Shown: piece after piece, positions 41,513 through 56,244 of the stretch | Numbering within the stretch: the stretch's first letter is position 1 | Layout: each line of letters begins with the position of its first letter | DNA from: Macrostomum lignano | Lineage: Eukaryota | DNA: 64,000 nucleotides | Assembly (NCBI GenBank): GCA_002269645.1 | Contig: NIVC01002140.1 | Span: forward strand, 1-64,000 | Direction: 5' to 3' | Made by a program: the position numbers and the translations under genes | The notes under the pieces: model-generated | The model's input: the letters and a program-made list of their open reading frames with translations, nothing else | Database searches by the model: none | Told to the model about the DNA's origin: nothing

Positions 41513-43149
41513 ATGCCACTCATACGAATGATAAATTGGTCGAATTTGCCGATTGAAAGCATTGACGGCTTGAATGGAAATGTGGTCAACTTTCTCAGCG
41601 AATTGAGTATGGGTGGACGTGACGAGGCGAATGACGAAGAGTTGATGGAGTTCATCCGATTCATTGAATGCGGTAACGATGATGCTCTGCCACCACTGCC
41701 AAGCGAAGAAGAGGCTTGCCCCGAGGATCTCATGCGGAACCAACCATGCAATTCGGCCGATGTGAGTGTAACGTCTAAAGACATTTCTTCGGCCGACGTA
41801 TCCGCAATGGATACTGCTGTGCTGCAGGCTTTACCCCGTACGAGTCGAGAGCAGATGTACGAGCATGGAGGCCGCTTTGTGGGGTTTGTTCGAAACAAGA
41901 GCAGCACGGCCGATCTGGTTACCATGGAGTTGACAATGCTGAACGAGTATTTGAGATTTTTCTACTTTAGGCTGGAGACCAAGCAAGGAGGCAAATATTC
42001 TCCGGCTTCCCTTGTGTGCATCAGAGCGGGGATCCAGAGGTATTTTGAATTTGTTGTGAAGAGAAAAGTGGATCTGAAATCCGACGACTGCTTCAAGAGT
42101 TCGAATCGAATGTTGGAGATGAAGGCGAAGGAGTTTGTCGAGGCTAGTGGAGACGTCAAGCACTATAATCCGATTGAGCCAAGAGACATGGAGAAAATGA
42201 AATGCTATTTCAGTGGAACTGGCGGCAACTACTCAAGTGATGAACGCCTTCAAGATGAGGTTTTTTCACTCTCATGTACACCTTCGGCGAACGGGGTCAA
42301 GAACATGTTGAGCATCTAATGAAGAGAGATGGAATTCTCTTTGCGCATGACAGTGAGGGATGTGAATATGCCTATTTACCTCATTTGCCATCCAAGAATC
42401 GTGGTCGATTTCCGCTGAAGCGTGGTGCCACCTCTGACATGAAGCAAGTTCGTCTGTACGATGTTGCAGTTCTGCAGCGGTATTTGGGCCGTATTCCAAC
42501 GACAACCAAGGATGACAGTCTCTTTTCGAAGCCACTGAAGGGACAGGGGTTCTCAGCGTTGGTGAATCGTGGCAAGAATTATTGGAATAACTTTATGAAG
42601 AATTTGAGTGCGAAGGCTGGCTTGCATGGGCAGTACACTAACCACTGTGTCAGGTAATTATCTGATATTTTTCCACGATGTTGTTAATAATATTATATTC
42701 ATGCGGTCTTGTGTTACTTAACTTATTGCTTAATATTTCCATACTTTTTCAGGGTGTCACGCGTTTGTGATCTACATGCATTGGGCTACAATGTCAACGA
42801 GCTCATGGCCGTGACTGGACACAAGTCTGAGAAGAGTGTGCGTGGCTACCTAAGGGTTCAAAGAGATGCAAGTTTGTATCGTGCGTCAATGGCTGTGCAG
42901 AGTGCGATGAATGCTGCTCAGCCTATTCAGCCCGAGTCTCGCCTCGTGGAGCAGCGTCAGGCTATGCAGAGTCCAGTGAATGCTGTTCAGCCTAGTCAGT
43001 CAGGGTTCAACTTCGTGGAAGAGCATCAGTCGCAAGTTCAAAGCAGTGGTTCCACGTTTGTTGGTGCAGTGAAGTCGGGTCCTGCTGGATTTCAGTTTTC
43101 TACCTGCACGTTCACCAACTGCACATTTACCATTCATCGGAAGGACTGA
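41513..43149 (+). mobile_element. Crypton-like (DUF3504) tyrosine recombinase gene; frameshift at ~42270, GT-AG intron 42654-42752
   Basis: FGERGQE (R), NHCVR (HxxR), TGHKS (H), GY (Y). Splicing AG|GTAATT...TTTCAG|G restores CVR-VSRV. Confidence 0.85.
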
Positions 43150-43567
43150 ATGAACTGTCGATTCTAGCTCTACTCATCGATTGTTGCGGAACAATTGGTC
43201 CACGATTCATTATGCCCACGTTACCGTTTTCGTATATTTATGCAATCTGTTTATTCAGCTTTGTTGTATTGAATAAAAAATATCCTCGCAAACGCATTGA
43301 TACAAGAATATACAGATTGCTCATCTGCAAATGGGTATATCCAAATATAACCCGTTGGGAATAGCTATCCAAAGATGGGGGGCAGCTTGACCATAGACTA
43401 TTCGCAGATAAGCAATCTGTTGTATTCCTGTTTCGATGCCTGAAAGGCGCGCAAAAATTTACTTAGTTCACAATTTCCGTCGACGCAATCGTTTGTGGCC
43501 CAAACGAAACTAGACACAATTGACAATCAGGGTGCAATAATGCGCCAAAAATGCACGCTGGCGGCTT

Positions 43568-44499
43568 TCAGCGTGCAATAATGCAACCACACGTCGTCAT
43601 TCCAACACTTTCCACCCGCTTTGGGACCTCGGAGATAGACGTAGCATCGCCCGCCGAATCCATATCGCCAGATGGTCCGACGATAGCCACAGACTTATCG
43701 TTGGTCGCAGAAGACGTACTGGCTCCATACAGCGATGCTGACAACACGTCGGACATGTTGCCCATTTCACTCGCCTTGCGCTTGCCATTTGTTAAGTAGC
43801 CAACGAAAGTGCGTACAAAAAATGTTTTTTTTACTTTTAAGTACACAATGTACTACAAACAGGAGAATTTTATTGGCAGCCCGATGCTGACAATTACCGC
43901 TGAACAGTCTTCACGTCTTTATGGCCAGTTATTTTGCAGATCTGCTCCAAACGAAACCCGGCTTCGTGCAACTCAGAAATGACGGTTGGACGAACGACGT
44001 TGTGCCCAGTGTAGACTTTGGACAACTGTGCAGTCGCTGAAATCCGGGCCATCAGATTCTGAAGCGCATTCACGCCCATTGGCTTTTTAGTGTACCAGTG
44101 AACAGCCTTTTTGCCGATGCTAGGCATAAGAAACAGAGTCATGTTACTCTCGGCAGTCCCAGCCGAAAGGCTAGCCTCCCGCTTTTCCAAGTACAACTTG
44201 ATCGCAGCCACAGGGCAGTGCTCTGCGCCGGTCGACTTCACAATGGCTTCTCGATTGTCTTCCATTGCGCCCGGCGATAGTCTTGTGCCGACGGTTTTCT
44301 CGAGTCCTCCATTAAGTCGCACAGTCTCCACTCCACTCCGCAACTCAAACACCAGACTGTTTACATTGAGCGATCGGAGCCATTCACGACCTCGCTGACC
44401 GAAGTAATAGAGCAGAATGAAGTACACCTCGTGTAGAAGCTTCGTCCCATTTGAGCGGTCGAAGTACGTCCACAGTTTGTTCAGATCGTCCTTCTCCAT
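43568..44499 (-). pseudogene. Second Crypton-like tyrosine recombinase, opposite strand, N-terminally incomplete
   Basis: YFGQRGRE, HCPVAAIKLYL, YTGHNVVRPT, TGHKDVKTVQR then a GT donor. The last exon YLTNGKRKASEM lacks a canonical AG. Confidence 0.78.
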
Positions 44500-45389
44500 C
44501 GCCTCGTAATGCCTCTTATGCGTCTTACAAGAAATCAGGAAAGCGAGTAGTGCGAGAAAAAGCTATTTGTCTTGTCAAAAAACTATGGCTGGTGCATTTC
44601 GTCAAACAGCCGCGCTAATTAATTAGAAAAATCTTCCTGTCGACGACTGAACCGTGCGGCGCTACCTAGGAAGAAAACGCGACCATGCAGTCTTCAACGC
44701 CTCGACGGCTATAAACGATGCCTCAAAGCGGACAATCGATTCAGTCGAGCAGCCGACAGTCCCAAAGAATCCCAGCTTGAATACTGCGGTACCAAAGAAG
44801 CTCATCAGACGAAGCTTATCAGTCGCATGCCAACTTAACCAAGACGTGCATCTTTCAAATGGTAAGTTCGGCAACTATACTTGAGCACCTGTATTTCTCT
44901 TTCATAGAAAACATTCAACATAGACCAACTCGTTTTGCAGTGCCAAATCATCAGGCTAAATTGTCGAGCATCTTTGGAAACTGCGGCTTTGAGAACTGTG
45001 TATGTTTCACTTTGAGTGACAAATTGATTTTTACATTGTCAAATTTCGACTACAGACTGATAAACTGCACTCGCTGTGACATTTATTATGAACTCTTTTC
45101 GTGTAGCTGGTACTTTAGTCTCAATGATTTTCCTTTTTGTTCATTGACATATGGCCAAGCATTCTTAAATTGCTGACACTATTCATTGTCTATGGCCAAA
45201 AAGCAATCCTTCATCAATAACGCGACTGTGCAGTAAATCCCAAGCCGTGCTGTAAATTCCAACCACCGTGCTGTAAATTCCCGCAGGTATTAAACTTATT
45301 AAATTTATTTAAGTCTACCTGAGCTACTGGTCTAATTCTACCTAAGCTAATGAGCTAATCCTGCCTAAGCTACTGTCTCAGTACCTGAG

Positions 45390-46097
45390 CTACTGACCCA
45401 ATTCTACCTGAGCTACTGAACCAATTCTACCTGAGCTACTGAACCAATTCTACCTGAGCTACTGACCCAATTCTACCTGAGCTACTGAACCAATTCTACC
45501 TGAGCTACTGAACCAATTCTACCTGAGCTACTGAACCAATTCTACCTGAGCTACTGAACCAATTCTACCTGAGCTACTGAACCAATTCTACCTGAGCTAC
45601 TTAACCGATTCTACCTGAGCTACTGAACCAATTCTACCTGAGCTACTGAACCAATTCTACCTGAGCTACTGAACCAATTCTACCTAAGCTACTGAACCAA
45701 TTCTACCTGAGCTACTGAACCAATTCTACCTGAGCTACTGAACCAATTCTACCTAAGCTACTGAACCAATTCTACCTGAGCTACTGAACCAATTCTACCT
45801 GAGCTACTGAACCAATTCTACATGAGCTACTGAACCAATTGTACCTGAGCTACTGAACCAATTCTACCTGAGCTACTGAACCAATTCTACCTAAGCTACT
45901 GAACCAATTCTACCTGAGCTACTGAACCAATTCTACCTGAGCTACTGAACCAATTCTACCTGAGCTACTGAACCAATTCTACCTGAGCTACTGAACCAAT
46001 TCTACCTGAGCTACTGAACCAATTCTACCTGAGCTACTGAACCAATTCTACCTGAGCTACTGAACCAATTCTACCTAAGCTACTGAACTAATTCTAT
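45390..46097. repeat. 23-bp minisatellite (~30 copies)
   Basis: ttctacctgagctactgaaccaa repeated head to tail with no spacers. Confidence 0.97.
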
Positions 46098-46562
46098 CAG
46101 CCGAGGTACCGAAATTTAGGACTGAAACTTACATGTTCGCAGGCAAAAATATTTTCCATTGCTGTTGTCACTTAATTAAAATAAATTATAAAGCCCTCTT
46201 ATCCCTCTTATAGTCCATGCGTGCGGTAAATCCCAATCTATCCATGTCTATGGCTAAAACCAGAAGAATGCTTTGCCCATAAATCAATGAATCTATCACC
46301 AGGTTCCTTCGTGCGTAAATAGTCTATGGCATTCGAAACATAGAGATAAATCTACCAGTTACTTCTTGTTGTTCTGTATTTACGACTATTAACAAAAATA
46401 CTGAGGGATGGATTTTTTCAATCCAAATGTCTATGGTACACATCAAAACTGTGGAATAATGGCCAAAATATTTTGTTATTGCGTCTGGGTAAAAGTATAA
46501 TTACAATGTATTTTCTGTAGGATCGTCAAAAAGAAAAACAGTACAAAGAATCAGCGGTCCCA

Positions 46563-49500
46563 GTGCGTGACAACGATTGTCTGGCGAGCACCGGTAGGAC
46601 CCAGCCATATGACCCAGCCATGACGGAGGCGTGGCTGCGAAGCTTTGCAGCCCTCAGCGGCAGCAAGAAGCTGAATGATACGGAGGAGGAACGACAAATT
46701 ACCGACTTGTTCTTATCGAAGGCAGGTGTGAACTCTGTGCGTGTCGTCAGTGTGATGGCCAAGCCAAAAGAGCTGGAGAAGACGGACTTCGCCGACATCA
46801 ACAACCTCATCATTGAGAAGTTGCGGCCCAAGAAAAAACTCGTCGTCGCTGAGCGCTCACACTTTATGTCAATGCGCCAGAAGCTGACAGAGTCTGTGCA
46901 AACCTTTGCCCAGAGGCTGCGAGAGGCTGCCCGTTTCTGCGAGTTTGACAAATTGAACAAGAAGGACTGCAAAAAGAGCCGAGGATGAGCTCATCCAGAC
47001 CATGCTCGTTAGCGGGCTGCACAATTCACAGCACCGCAACCGGATTCGCGAGCACATTCAGAGCTCGACTCAGCCAGTCATGTTTGATGGAATCGTCGAA
47101 TTCGTCCAGCAACTTCAAACGATTCAGCAGTCCAGCAGGGCAGACAGGCGGAATCTGGTGGATACAGCAGTTGCAGAACCAGCATCCATTGCTAGCAATT
47201 CCAGCAATTCCAGCAATGTAATGTACTTGCGGCAGCGAAACGAGTAGTCATAGCTCTCAGCCAACTCAGATTCCATCTTATCTTCAGAGAGATCTTCCTG
47301 AATCACCTCATCTGCACCTTTTAACGCCTCCAGCTTCTCCTTGAGAACCTCTAAGCACGCCTCAGCATCAGCAACGGCTTCGGCATTCCACCAACTAAGC
47401 GACAAGAGCTTGTCTGCCTTCGCAATAGTCCGAGTGACAGCTGCTCTAATCAGAGCCCTCTTCTTGACCTCCGCAGACATAACGACGTTGAGCAGCAACG
47501 AGCAGCAACCAACCAGCTAGCAGTGAAGGAGTTCAGAGAGGAGCGCAAAAGGAGCCACAACTAACCTCAGAGCACACCCAAAGCAAGCGAAAACTTTACT
47601 GAATTAGGAAAATGTAAATAAAAGGGCAGAGTGAAAATCTACGACTACGTGACTGATAGCAAAAGCAGTGAGACAAAACAACACGCAACGAACAGAAAGG
47701 ATTATAAATGAATGGAAACTCGAACAGCCAACTGAAACAGTCCAAATGAAAACTTAGCTGGCAGACGAATCGACTTTACCAGGCAGCTGTACCGTCCGTC
47801 CGTCCTAAGTCCTGAATCCGGAGTGAGCACAGAGTCTGAAGCCTTGAGCACGATGAGAAGCAAAGACGACGACGAAGACCAGCAGACGAATGCAGAGTTA
47901 ACGAAAGGTTAACGATTTGAAACGGCAGGTATCAAATGGCATTGGATAACAGATGGGGGTCTGCCAGGAGACACATCCAGACATGCAAACAACAGCGAGC
48001 TGGTCGAAGAGTCAATGTCGTCCCTCCTATTCGCGGATGACACAACGATCATTGGACCAATGAATGAAATGCAAGATGGTATAACAACGATCAAGTCCTC
48101 CATGGAGAATTTCGAAGAAAAGATGAACGACGACAAAGAAGAAAGAGTCATCTTCGGAAGAACGCATCAAGCAGAAACCCGTTTCTTTGGCTGCTGGATA
48201 GAATCAAAACATGATGTAACCAACCGAAAAGCAGCAAGCAGCGCATGGTGATACGCACTGTGGAGCACTGGCCACTCGAAATCGGCTGAAGCGAGAGGCT
48301 TGGTGGCCTGAGCACTGCGAAGACGTGGAGCGGCACGTAAAACTGTGTGCCAAGTGTACGGAGATCCGGAGGCTGCCTGCCCGAGCAACTCACACGTGGA
48401 ACAATAGAAAAGCACAATAGAACCCCTAGTTAGTATAAGAACAGCAAACAGAAGTAGCTCTAAGATAATTAGTCAACCGAATTTGAATAGCCGAATCTAA
48501 TTAAGCCCCCTTCCATTCCAGTCAGTAGCGTCACCCTGCCGCAGGAACAATGGCGACTAAACCGGCTAGGAGAAGCAAACCGAACAGCGGCCCGACTTAA
48601 AGAACAACGCGGCACGCGGCAGATTCTGGCGCACCCTGAGGGAGAACACGTGCGGCCCACCTACAGATTTCCATCCAACCCGAAGCGGTCCAAGAAGGCA
48701 AGATCAACCCAAACAGCCTGACAACTGAGAGAAAGAGAGGACTGTTTAATCATCCATGGACAGAGTTAAGAGACGGAAAATTAAGCTCTTCTTCTGTAAT
48801 TTCTCTATCCCAAATTTTATCCAACGCAACGCATAGATTTTCAAAACCCCGAATAATCTCTAACCCTCACACTTAGCAACCTACTAGAACTAACTAAATT
48901 CGTGTACAATTAGGGGACTGAGTCCAAGATTGTTATTGCTTGAAACCCCCCGCCGTTGCTAACCACGCGAAGACACCCCTCCGGCGGCGGGGAGGTCAAA
49001 AATTATAATTGGTATAAAATAGACGCCCATCTCAAACTTCGGAGCGGCACTTCGTTTTTCTTGCGCAGTTTCCGATCCTGAATTGCTCCATTTGAATTGG
49101 TCTCTGGACTATTCCAGTTGGCTCAAATCTAAGTCTTCAATCAATTATTTGTCTTAACTGTTGCGCGGAGCAAATACTAGAAAGAATCAAACTCAGCTTA
49201 GATACGAGGAGATCCCGTCAGTTTATACGGTTTTCTCTGAAGGCCTGATAGGAGACATTAGAGCTGTACGAACCTTAGACCGCTAGACATCTATCTTAGA
49301 AAGTGAGAACACAAACTCAAAGGCCCCAGAGAAAAACGCGTATACCGTGGGCTAAAAGTCATTGTTCCTGGTGGATTACGGAAGCACATTCTGAATGCGC
49401 TTTATGGTCATTTGGGTGCTGAGTAAATTACAATTAAGTCTATTGCAAGACAGCGGATGGTGCCCGTCGATTGACTCAGATATCGAGCGAGAAGCGAAGG

Positions 49501-50036
49501 CATGTTTGCAAACTGTCAGGCGCAAAGTGAGTGGACACCGTGGCCTCGGGAATCAACGGAGTCGACCCGTCTGCTCGAGGATGTGTACGTTTGCACATGA
49601 AGCGGTGCCGTCAGTACTCGTAGCCGACAATGGATTTCAGTTTACCTCTGCCGAGATGGAAAACTGGCTGCGGGCGATCGGCTGTAGACATATTTTAACG
49701 CCCCTATATCATCCTGGCTCAAATGGACTCGTGGAGAATTTTGTGAGAATTTTGAAACAAATCACTGGCGGGCCGCTCAAGAGTCGAAGGACATGCAAGC
49801 GAACATCGATTGATTTTCGCTGCATTACAGACAGTCTAAAAATGACATTCACCTGCCGAGCTCATGCGTGGTCACTTACTTCGAGGACAAGACGCTCGTA
49901 CAGCATGGTCTTTGATTCTGCAAATTCCAGCTCTCAATCTGCATGCAAGGATTACTGTAGTAGAAGGACTCGGCACTCACGAATCACGGAAAAAAGTATT
50001 GAATGGTGTGATCACTTTTTCAAATTAGTTTTATAG
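46563..50036. mobile_element. Scrambled retrotransposon remnants (Gypsy gag and integrase, BEL gag, LINE RT fragment)
   Basis: Gypsy gag 46563-46988; BEL-like gag on the minus strand 47124-47498; LLFADD RT piece 48015-48240; Zn-finger HGDTHCG...CAKC ~48245-48400; integrase DNGFQFTS...YHPGSNGLVE ~49600-49760. Confidence 0.75.
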
Positions 50037-53000
50037 ATTGCTAACATACTAATGTATCGTTAGATTTCTTCAAATAGGCTGCCATAATTGGCACAAAATT
50101 TTAATATAAACCTTTATTCCTTGATACTTTTCTAAAAGTTAACACACATGTTTGTAACATTTGTGTAGGCAGTAGGTGCAGTCAGATATGCATACTACAG
50201 GGGCTAAGTGCCTGCTGCACTGGTCTTCACCTGAAATATTTAATCGCCTACTGAGAACTCCAAATGCATCATAAAAGAAAGCAACAGACAGATATGGGAG
50301 CAGCAGTGATGCAAACTCGTATAATATACGAAAAGCATTAGCTGTATCACTGCGCTATCAGAGTACATACAGAGTACAGTACCAAAATCTTCATCACAAC
50401 AAACATCACTAAAACGGGTGGAAAGGTCAGCCAATGTTCTTAAACATTCAGCTGCTCAGTTGTCCAAAATAATCATAACATCTGCATCTGAAGAGGCAGT
50501 ATCAAACATTAAAAACCAGTCTTCAAAACTTTTTCCGTGGTTTGTGAGTGCCGAGTCCTTCTACTACAGTGGTCCTTGTATATATGTACAGCATAGTCTA
50601 ATATCATTTGCTTTCATATGACTCTCGAGCTTTCAGAGTCATATTTTCCTGTAAAAAATAAGCACACCTGCAAAAATCAGTCCTGCAAATTCCAGTAGGG
50701 TCTGCAATGCTTCGTGATAAGGGGGAGCTGTCTGCATGCGACTCGGACATCCTTTCTTAGTAAAATCAGGGCAGGTATTGCAAAGTGAAGCAATCTGCAG
50801 AAACACAAGAAATTGATTCACACTTGAAGCACTAATTCAAAACCAAACTCTGGCAAACTCACCGACTGTGATGGCGATCCAAAGCTAAAGAACTTCAGAG
50901 CCCAGTTAAAAAGCGCGCTCCTTGCAGCGCATTATGAGCCTCAGTGCTTGCCGTTTTATAGACTCACGAAGTTCCCTTTTTGTCTGCCACGAAAAGCAGA
51001 CTGGCCGCCGGCCGGGAGTGCTGTACAGGAGTGCAAGTTAGAAATATTTTTGAATCTTGCAATCTCTTGAAAAGCGAAAAATACAACAACTTCTACTCGC
51101 CTCGAACAGAGCTATTCAGGCAGACCAGCTCCAGACTAGCCCACCTCAATGCCTAAAGGACAATAACGAAGCTGAGGTTTGAGGGCCAAGCCTGCAGTTT
51201 TGAATGTGAGCCTCACATTCATAATAGAGCCTTTAGATGCCAGTGTGTTTTTTTAATTTTTCTTTAACGTAAGCAGATAGCACGACAGTAAAACGTGATG
51301 TAAACCTGCCCACCCCAAACACTGAAGTTCCACTTCTCGAACTTGCACTGGCGACACATCGTAGCTGCACTCATGCGCTTATTTTGTATTCTGAAAAAGC
51401 ATAATACGTATTTTGTTTTTTTATGTCGTACTTTATCAATCGTTTGAACTCTTACTATTTCAATTATGCATGCTCAAGGGTATTCTATTCTCGCATAACT
51501 TTTTATGCAGATGCACTGTAGCAGTCTAAGTCTTCTTCCATTCCTGGCTTTACATCAAGTACTGTGGCTTATCAAAGTTATCCATTTGCCTGGCGCACTT
51601 TCCTTTGCTAAAGACGAAGTTCATCATGTTGAACTCGATCATGCCACGTCTCTTGTTGAAGATGGCCGTACATTTGGATAAGGCTTAAGTGTTTTACTTG
51701 TTTTTTCAACTGCTGCAATAACGTACGTGAACTTTGACTGTACGTACATAACTAATAATAGCGTTTAGCCAAACGGACCGAGAGAAGAAAAAGAAAGCTC
51801 AGGGGTGACGGCGAGACGCGAGTGAGTTTTAAACGAATTTCTTAGGATTTTATAGGAAAAGGAAAAGCGAAAACAAACAACACAAAAAACATACTCACGC
51901 AGCGGGGCAAAGCACTGAATAAAAGGCCAGAGCGGTGAGACAAGGACAAGGGTGCAATAATGCTGCATGGTGGCATTACAGAGGTGCAATCACAGGAGTG
52001 CCATCGCAGCAGTTTTATCACAAGCGAACAATACCATGGCTGCCATAACAGGGGTGCCATCACTGGGTGCCATCACAGGGGTTACTATTCTAGGTGTGCC
52101 ATTCCAGGGGTGCCATTACAGGAGCGCCATCCCAGATGCGCCTTTTTAGAGTCGCCATTCTCAGGGGCACCATGCCAGGGCGCCTGCTCCCGGGCACTAA
52201 AACTGCTAAACAGAGGCGGCCAGTTTCTGCCAGTACTAAAAGGTGGACGCTACATCGTCATCCATAGGGGCTAAAGCTGGTGCAGCATGTGCTTGACACA
52301 TCTTTTCGAACCGGCCAGAGCCGCTTCCGTCAGGAGGTCGCGCCCTGCTCGTATTGCAGCCACTTGCCCTCGAACGGCAGCAGTACAAGAATCTGGAGGT
52401 TGTCAGCTCTGGCTGCGAGGTGAGCAGCCGTGTCGCCAGCCCAGTCAGTTGCGATAGGGTCAAAGTTCTGAGCAAATAAGTACATTACGCACTTTTCTGT
52501 TCCGGCCGATTTCTGCTGAGCAGCAGTTTCGGCCAAACACATGACGACAGTCTTCTTCTTACTTGCTTTCAATAAGTGCATTATTATCTGTTTTCACCTT
52601 TTTCACCTCTGTTGTCTGTGGCTCCGACTAAAAAATAGCTCAACTGTCAATTTTGTTCTGCAGATGATAACCAGAATTCAGTGAATTTCTCGCCAATTTC
52701 AAGTGTGTAGCCTTCATCGATATAAGTATCCAATGAAAATTTTTTTTACTTAAAGCTCAATTCATTATTTTCTTTCATATTTACAAGTATTAATACTAAC
52801 GCTTATGAAATTTCACACGATTTGCGACTTGAATTCTTGCCAATACTCAGGTAATTTTGATGTGGTGAGTTCACTGATCCTTGATTTACTAGACGTCCCG
52901 TATCGATCATAAAGGCCTCGTCGCGAAGATCCGCGTGTTTAGCATCGTTTTTACAGGTGCTTTAAAAGGAATCGTTGTAAAATATGAGGTCCAACGAAGT

Positions 53001-56000
53001 GTTTAGAGGTTGGATTAAGATGATTAAGATGATCCTTTATCGCTGCAGAGGAACTGAGTAGCCGATACAGCGAGAAACAGCAGTGATTGGTCATCAACTA
53101 ATCTGCTATGTAAGGCTGGTGTTCCAGAAGCTGCTGAGCTCCTGCCTTGCTTGCAGTTCGGAGAACCAGAACGACTTGAATGCCTCTGTGGAGACATCCA
53201 CCATCTGCAGGTCCAGAATCAGCTGCTGCTTGGTCTTAGAATCGAGAAAGTCGCCGAAATTCGAAGATTTCATTCCAAAAAGCTGATCGAGTTCCGGAGC
53301 AGTGGTGCAGTTCACAGCCCTACGAGCGTAGACTTCTTTGTTCCTTCCAGTCTGGAAATACTGAATTTTATGTTATCCAACAAATTGTTAGTGCTTCCAG
53401 CAACAAAGACATTAAAACGCGAACTTGGCACAGAAACGAAGCAGGCCTCCGTCAATAAAAAAAGTGTTTCGAACTTCAATCTATATTGATCTAGATAGTT
53501 TTAAAACCGAATTCGGTGCTGCAGTACAATAAGTACATGGGAGGCGTTGATCGCCTTGATGCAGCACTGCAGCCTTACAGTGCGGCGAGAAGAACATACA
53601 GCTGGCACCAGAAGCTCGGGTTCCACATTTTGCTGCAGTTGGTCCGCAATGCCTGGATCTGCAATTGCCAAGGAGGAAGCGATATCAAATTCGTTGAATT
53701 TTTGGAAGCTGCGATCCGTACTCTCATGGAGCAGACAGGCCGGGGCAAACGTCTGAATACATCGAAGCGCAAGGCCATCTCACAGCACGCGCCATCGAAG
53801 CTGCCGCCGACAGATGCCAATGCGAGGCCGACAAAGCGATGCAGAGTCAACATGGTACGCACAGCATGCCATCCGTGACTTATGGGCCGGGGATGTCGAA
53901 AAGTCACATTTATGCTAAACCATCTGGGCCATAGACACGTATTCTCAGTGTATGGTTAAATGAGACCCATGGCACGCCTGGCGTGCCATCAGTGTTGGCG
54001 GGGTTAAAGCAGATATAACACGAGAAAAAAAGAAGATTCAGGGCGAGAAGGCAAAGTGAGCCGCCAGTAAAGCGCGACGGGGGTTTAAAAGCACCCCCTA
54101 CCACCCAAAGGGGGGGCAGGCGGCGATGTACAATCAACGCGCTGGACACTAAAGCCGGTTTGTGCGCTTGCACAGCACAAACCAGTCCATTCATACTGCT
54201 GGTTGAACTGGTTGAACACAAGGCTGGCAAAGTTCAGGTCCGTCTCAGTAACGTACTTTCACGTGCTCAAACATCTTATTTACATGTAGGGATCATAATA
54301 TAAAGCTGTCGTAGCGTAAGTTCGATCGTACGTCGGAACTTTTACACTGCGGAGATAGAAGCTAAGAGCAATCTTATCTTACGATGTTTTTATAGAACGG
54401 GCCCGTACTCTTTCAAATTTATCGTCTCAAAGACAGTTGCTTCTGTCTTTTCAGCACAGCGGCACCCACAAAGTACATAGATCGAGGCAGTTCTCAGATT
54501 TTGAAAAGTTTCACCGAAGATTTTCAGATAGAAAAAAGCCTTGAACACTTTCAAACCAGTCTAGCAAATTCAGAAACAGCGCGGCTGCCTGATCCTGGAG
54601 ATGCAAATTTCAGCGCAAGAAAGTGTCGTTTAAAATTGCAAAGTTAATTATTTTGATCTGTGTTCTCTCCTGGTGCAAAAACTCAGGTGGGTCAAGTCGA
54701 GTTTCATTCGAGTCGCCTTGCAGAGCAGAGCGCTGACGAACTTCGGCCAATAGAAAAAGCCTCAGTCTGGTTGCTGCACCAATTCGCTGAGATTCTGAAT
54801 CCCCGAAACGAAAAGGGCGAGCTGCGTTTTGGATACTCGTGGCGACTGCGGTACCGGATGGGGGGCCACAGTCGCGAGTCCAAGCGTTATAGTTGTCCGT
54901 TGAAGACAACAGGAATGTTGCGATGTGGACAGTCTGGCTCACGTTCAGCTGAACAGGCATCGAGTTGTTGTGCTCTGACGAACAGTCCGCTGATCTACTT
55001 GGCCAACTTTTTAGAAATTTCAATAATCAAGGACTCGTCTGTCATTAAGTCTAACTTTCCAAATACTCTGACGAGCATTTGGAGTGGTCACAAAAAGTTA
55101 TTATTGAGCTTTTCGCCAAACTGGTTGAAGTTGTTTTTCTTACTTACAGTGAACATGGTATCGGCGCCGGTTTTAACAATATCTCCATCTGCAGATTTCC
55201 GTCTCTTTTTTCAACGCTGCGCAGTTGCTACAGCAGTTCAGCAAGTGCCGGTCGGAAGTATTGCCTTTCCAAAGAATGCTTAACCACCTCTGTGCTGTTT
55301 GCTTCAATTTGCGTCCTGCAGCTCTGGTACAGCTCACTCGTGAAGGCTGACAAAGAGTCCATGAATGAGCTGCTTGGGTTGCTCTCAGCTTGCTCGTCAG
55401 AGAGCAGCTCGTGTAGCCGCCGTACCGCAGTGCCGAAGCTTTGCTGCAGTTGGGCTGTTGGGTCCTTGAGATTGCTTCAGCTCAGGGTTGTTCAAGCTAT
55501 CGTATGCTTAAAGCTGAACGGGGTTGACCCACAAGATCCTGCTTTCCAAGGCTTTGGCAAGGCAGTTTTTTCAGAGGCCAATCAAGAGATTGTGCTTTTT
55601 CGTCGTCAGTTGCATATCTGCAGGCGAATTGGGACAGAGCGGCGCCAACGAACACAGTGCAGGTCAGACTTTAGACCCGATCCCGTCGACATCTTCAGTG
55701 TATATAGCCCATTCGGTCATTCATTTGTACATACTGTGACATCATCATTCTATCTAGGGACTCCGTCTCCCGCGGGGGGGACTATTGTTGCAATGTTATT
55801 CCAACGTAACTAGTTTCTAGAAGTTTCCTTTCCCCTTTGCGCATTCTATACGAGTAAAATTTCCAAATTAAGTAAAAGAAATTTCTGCATTTTTCTTTGA
55901 ATTTCCATCACAAATATTTCTACGCGAAACCTTTACATATTTTATAGTTTAATTATTAGCTATATTCTTATTCAACGCATTTATCCTTATTAACTACAGT

Positions 56001-56244
56001 TTACATTAGAATACCGTATCTTTGTTATAATCCTAAAGAAATTTCCAGAACACCGTTAATTTTCTATAAATATACACCAGGCAAACACAGCTAATTATCA
56101 AGTGTTCCGGTAAGCTCGATTATCGATAAGAAATAATTGAACCACCGCTTTCAGGCCTCACTTATTTTGCAGATTCGCCACAACTGGTCCGGCGAGGCGT
56201 CCAATTGATTAAGCATTTAATTAAGAGCATTCAATTCATCCAGC

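Noticed and set aside
45390-46097. 23-bp repeats as a CRISPR array
   Set aside because: Head-to-tail copies with no unique spacers, no cas genes, and a eukaryotic context.
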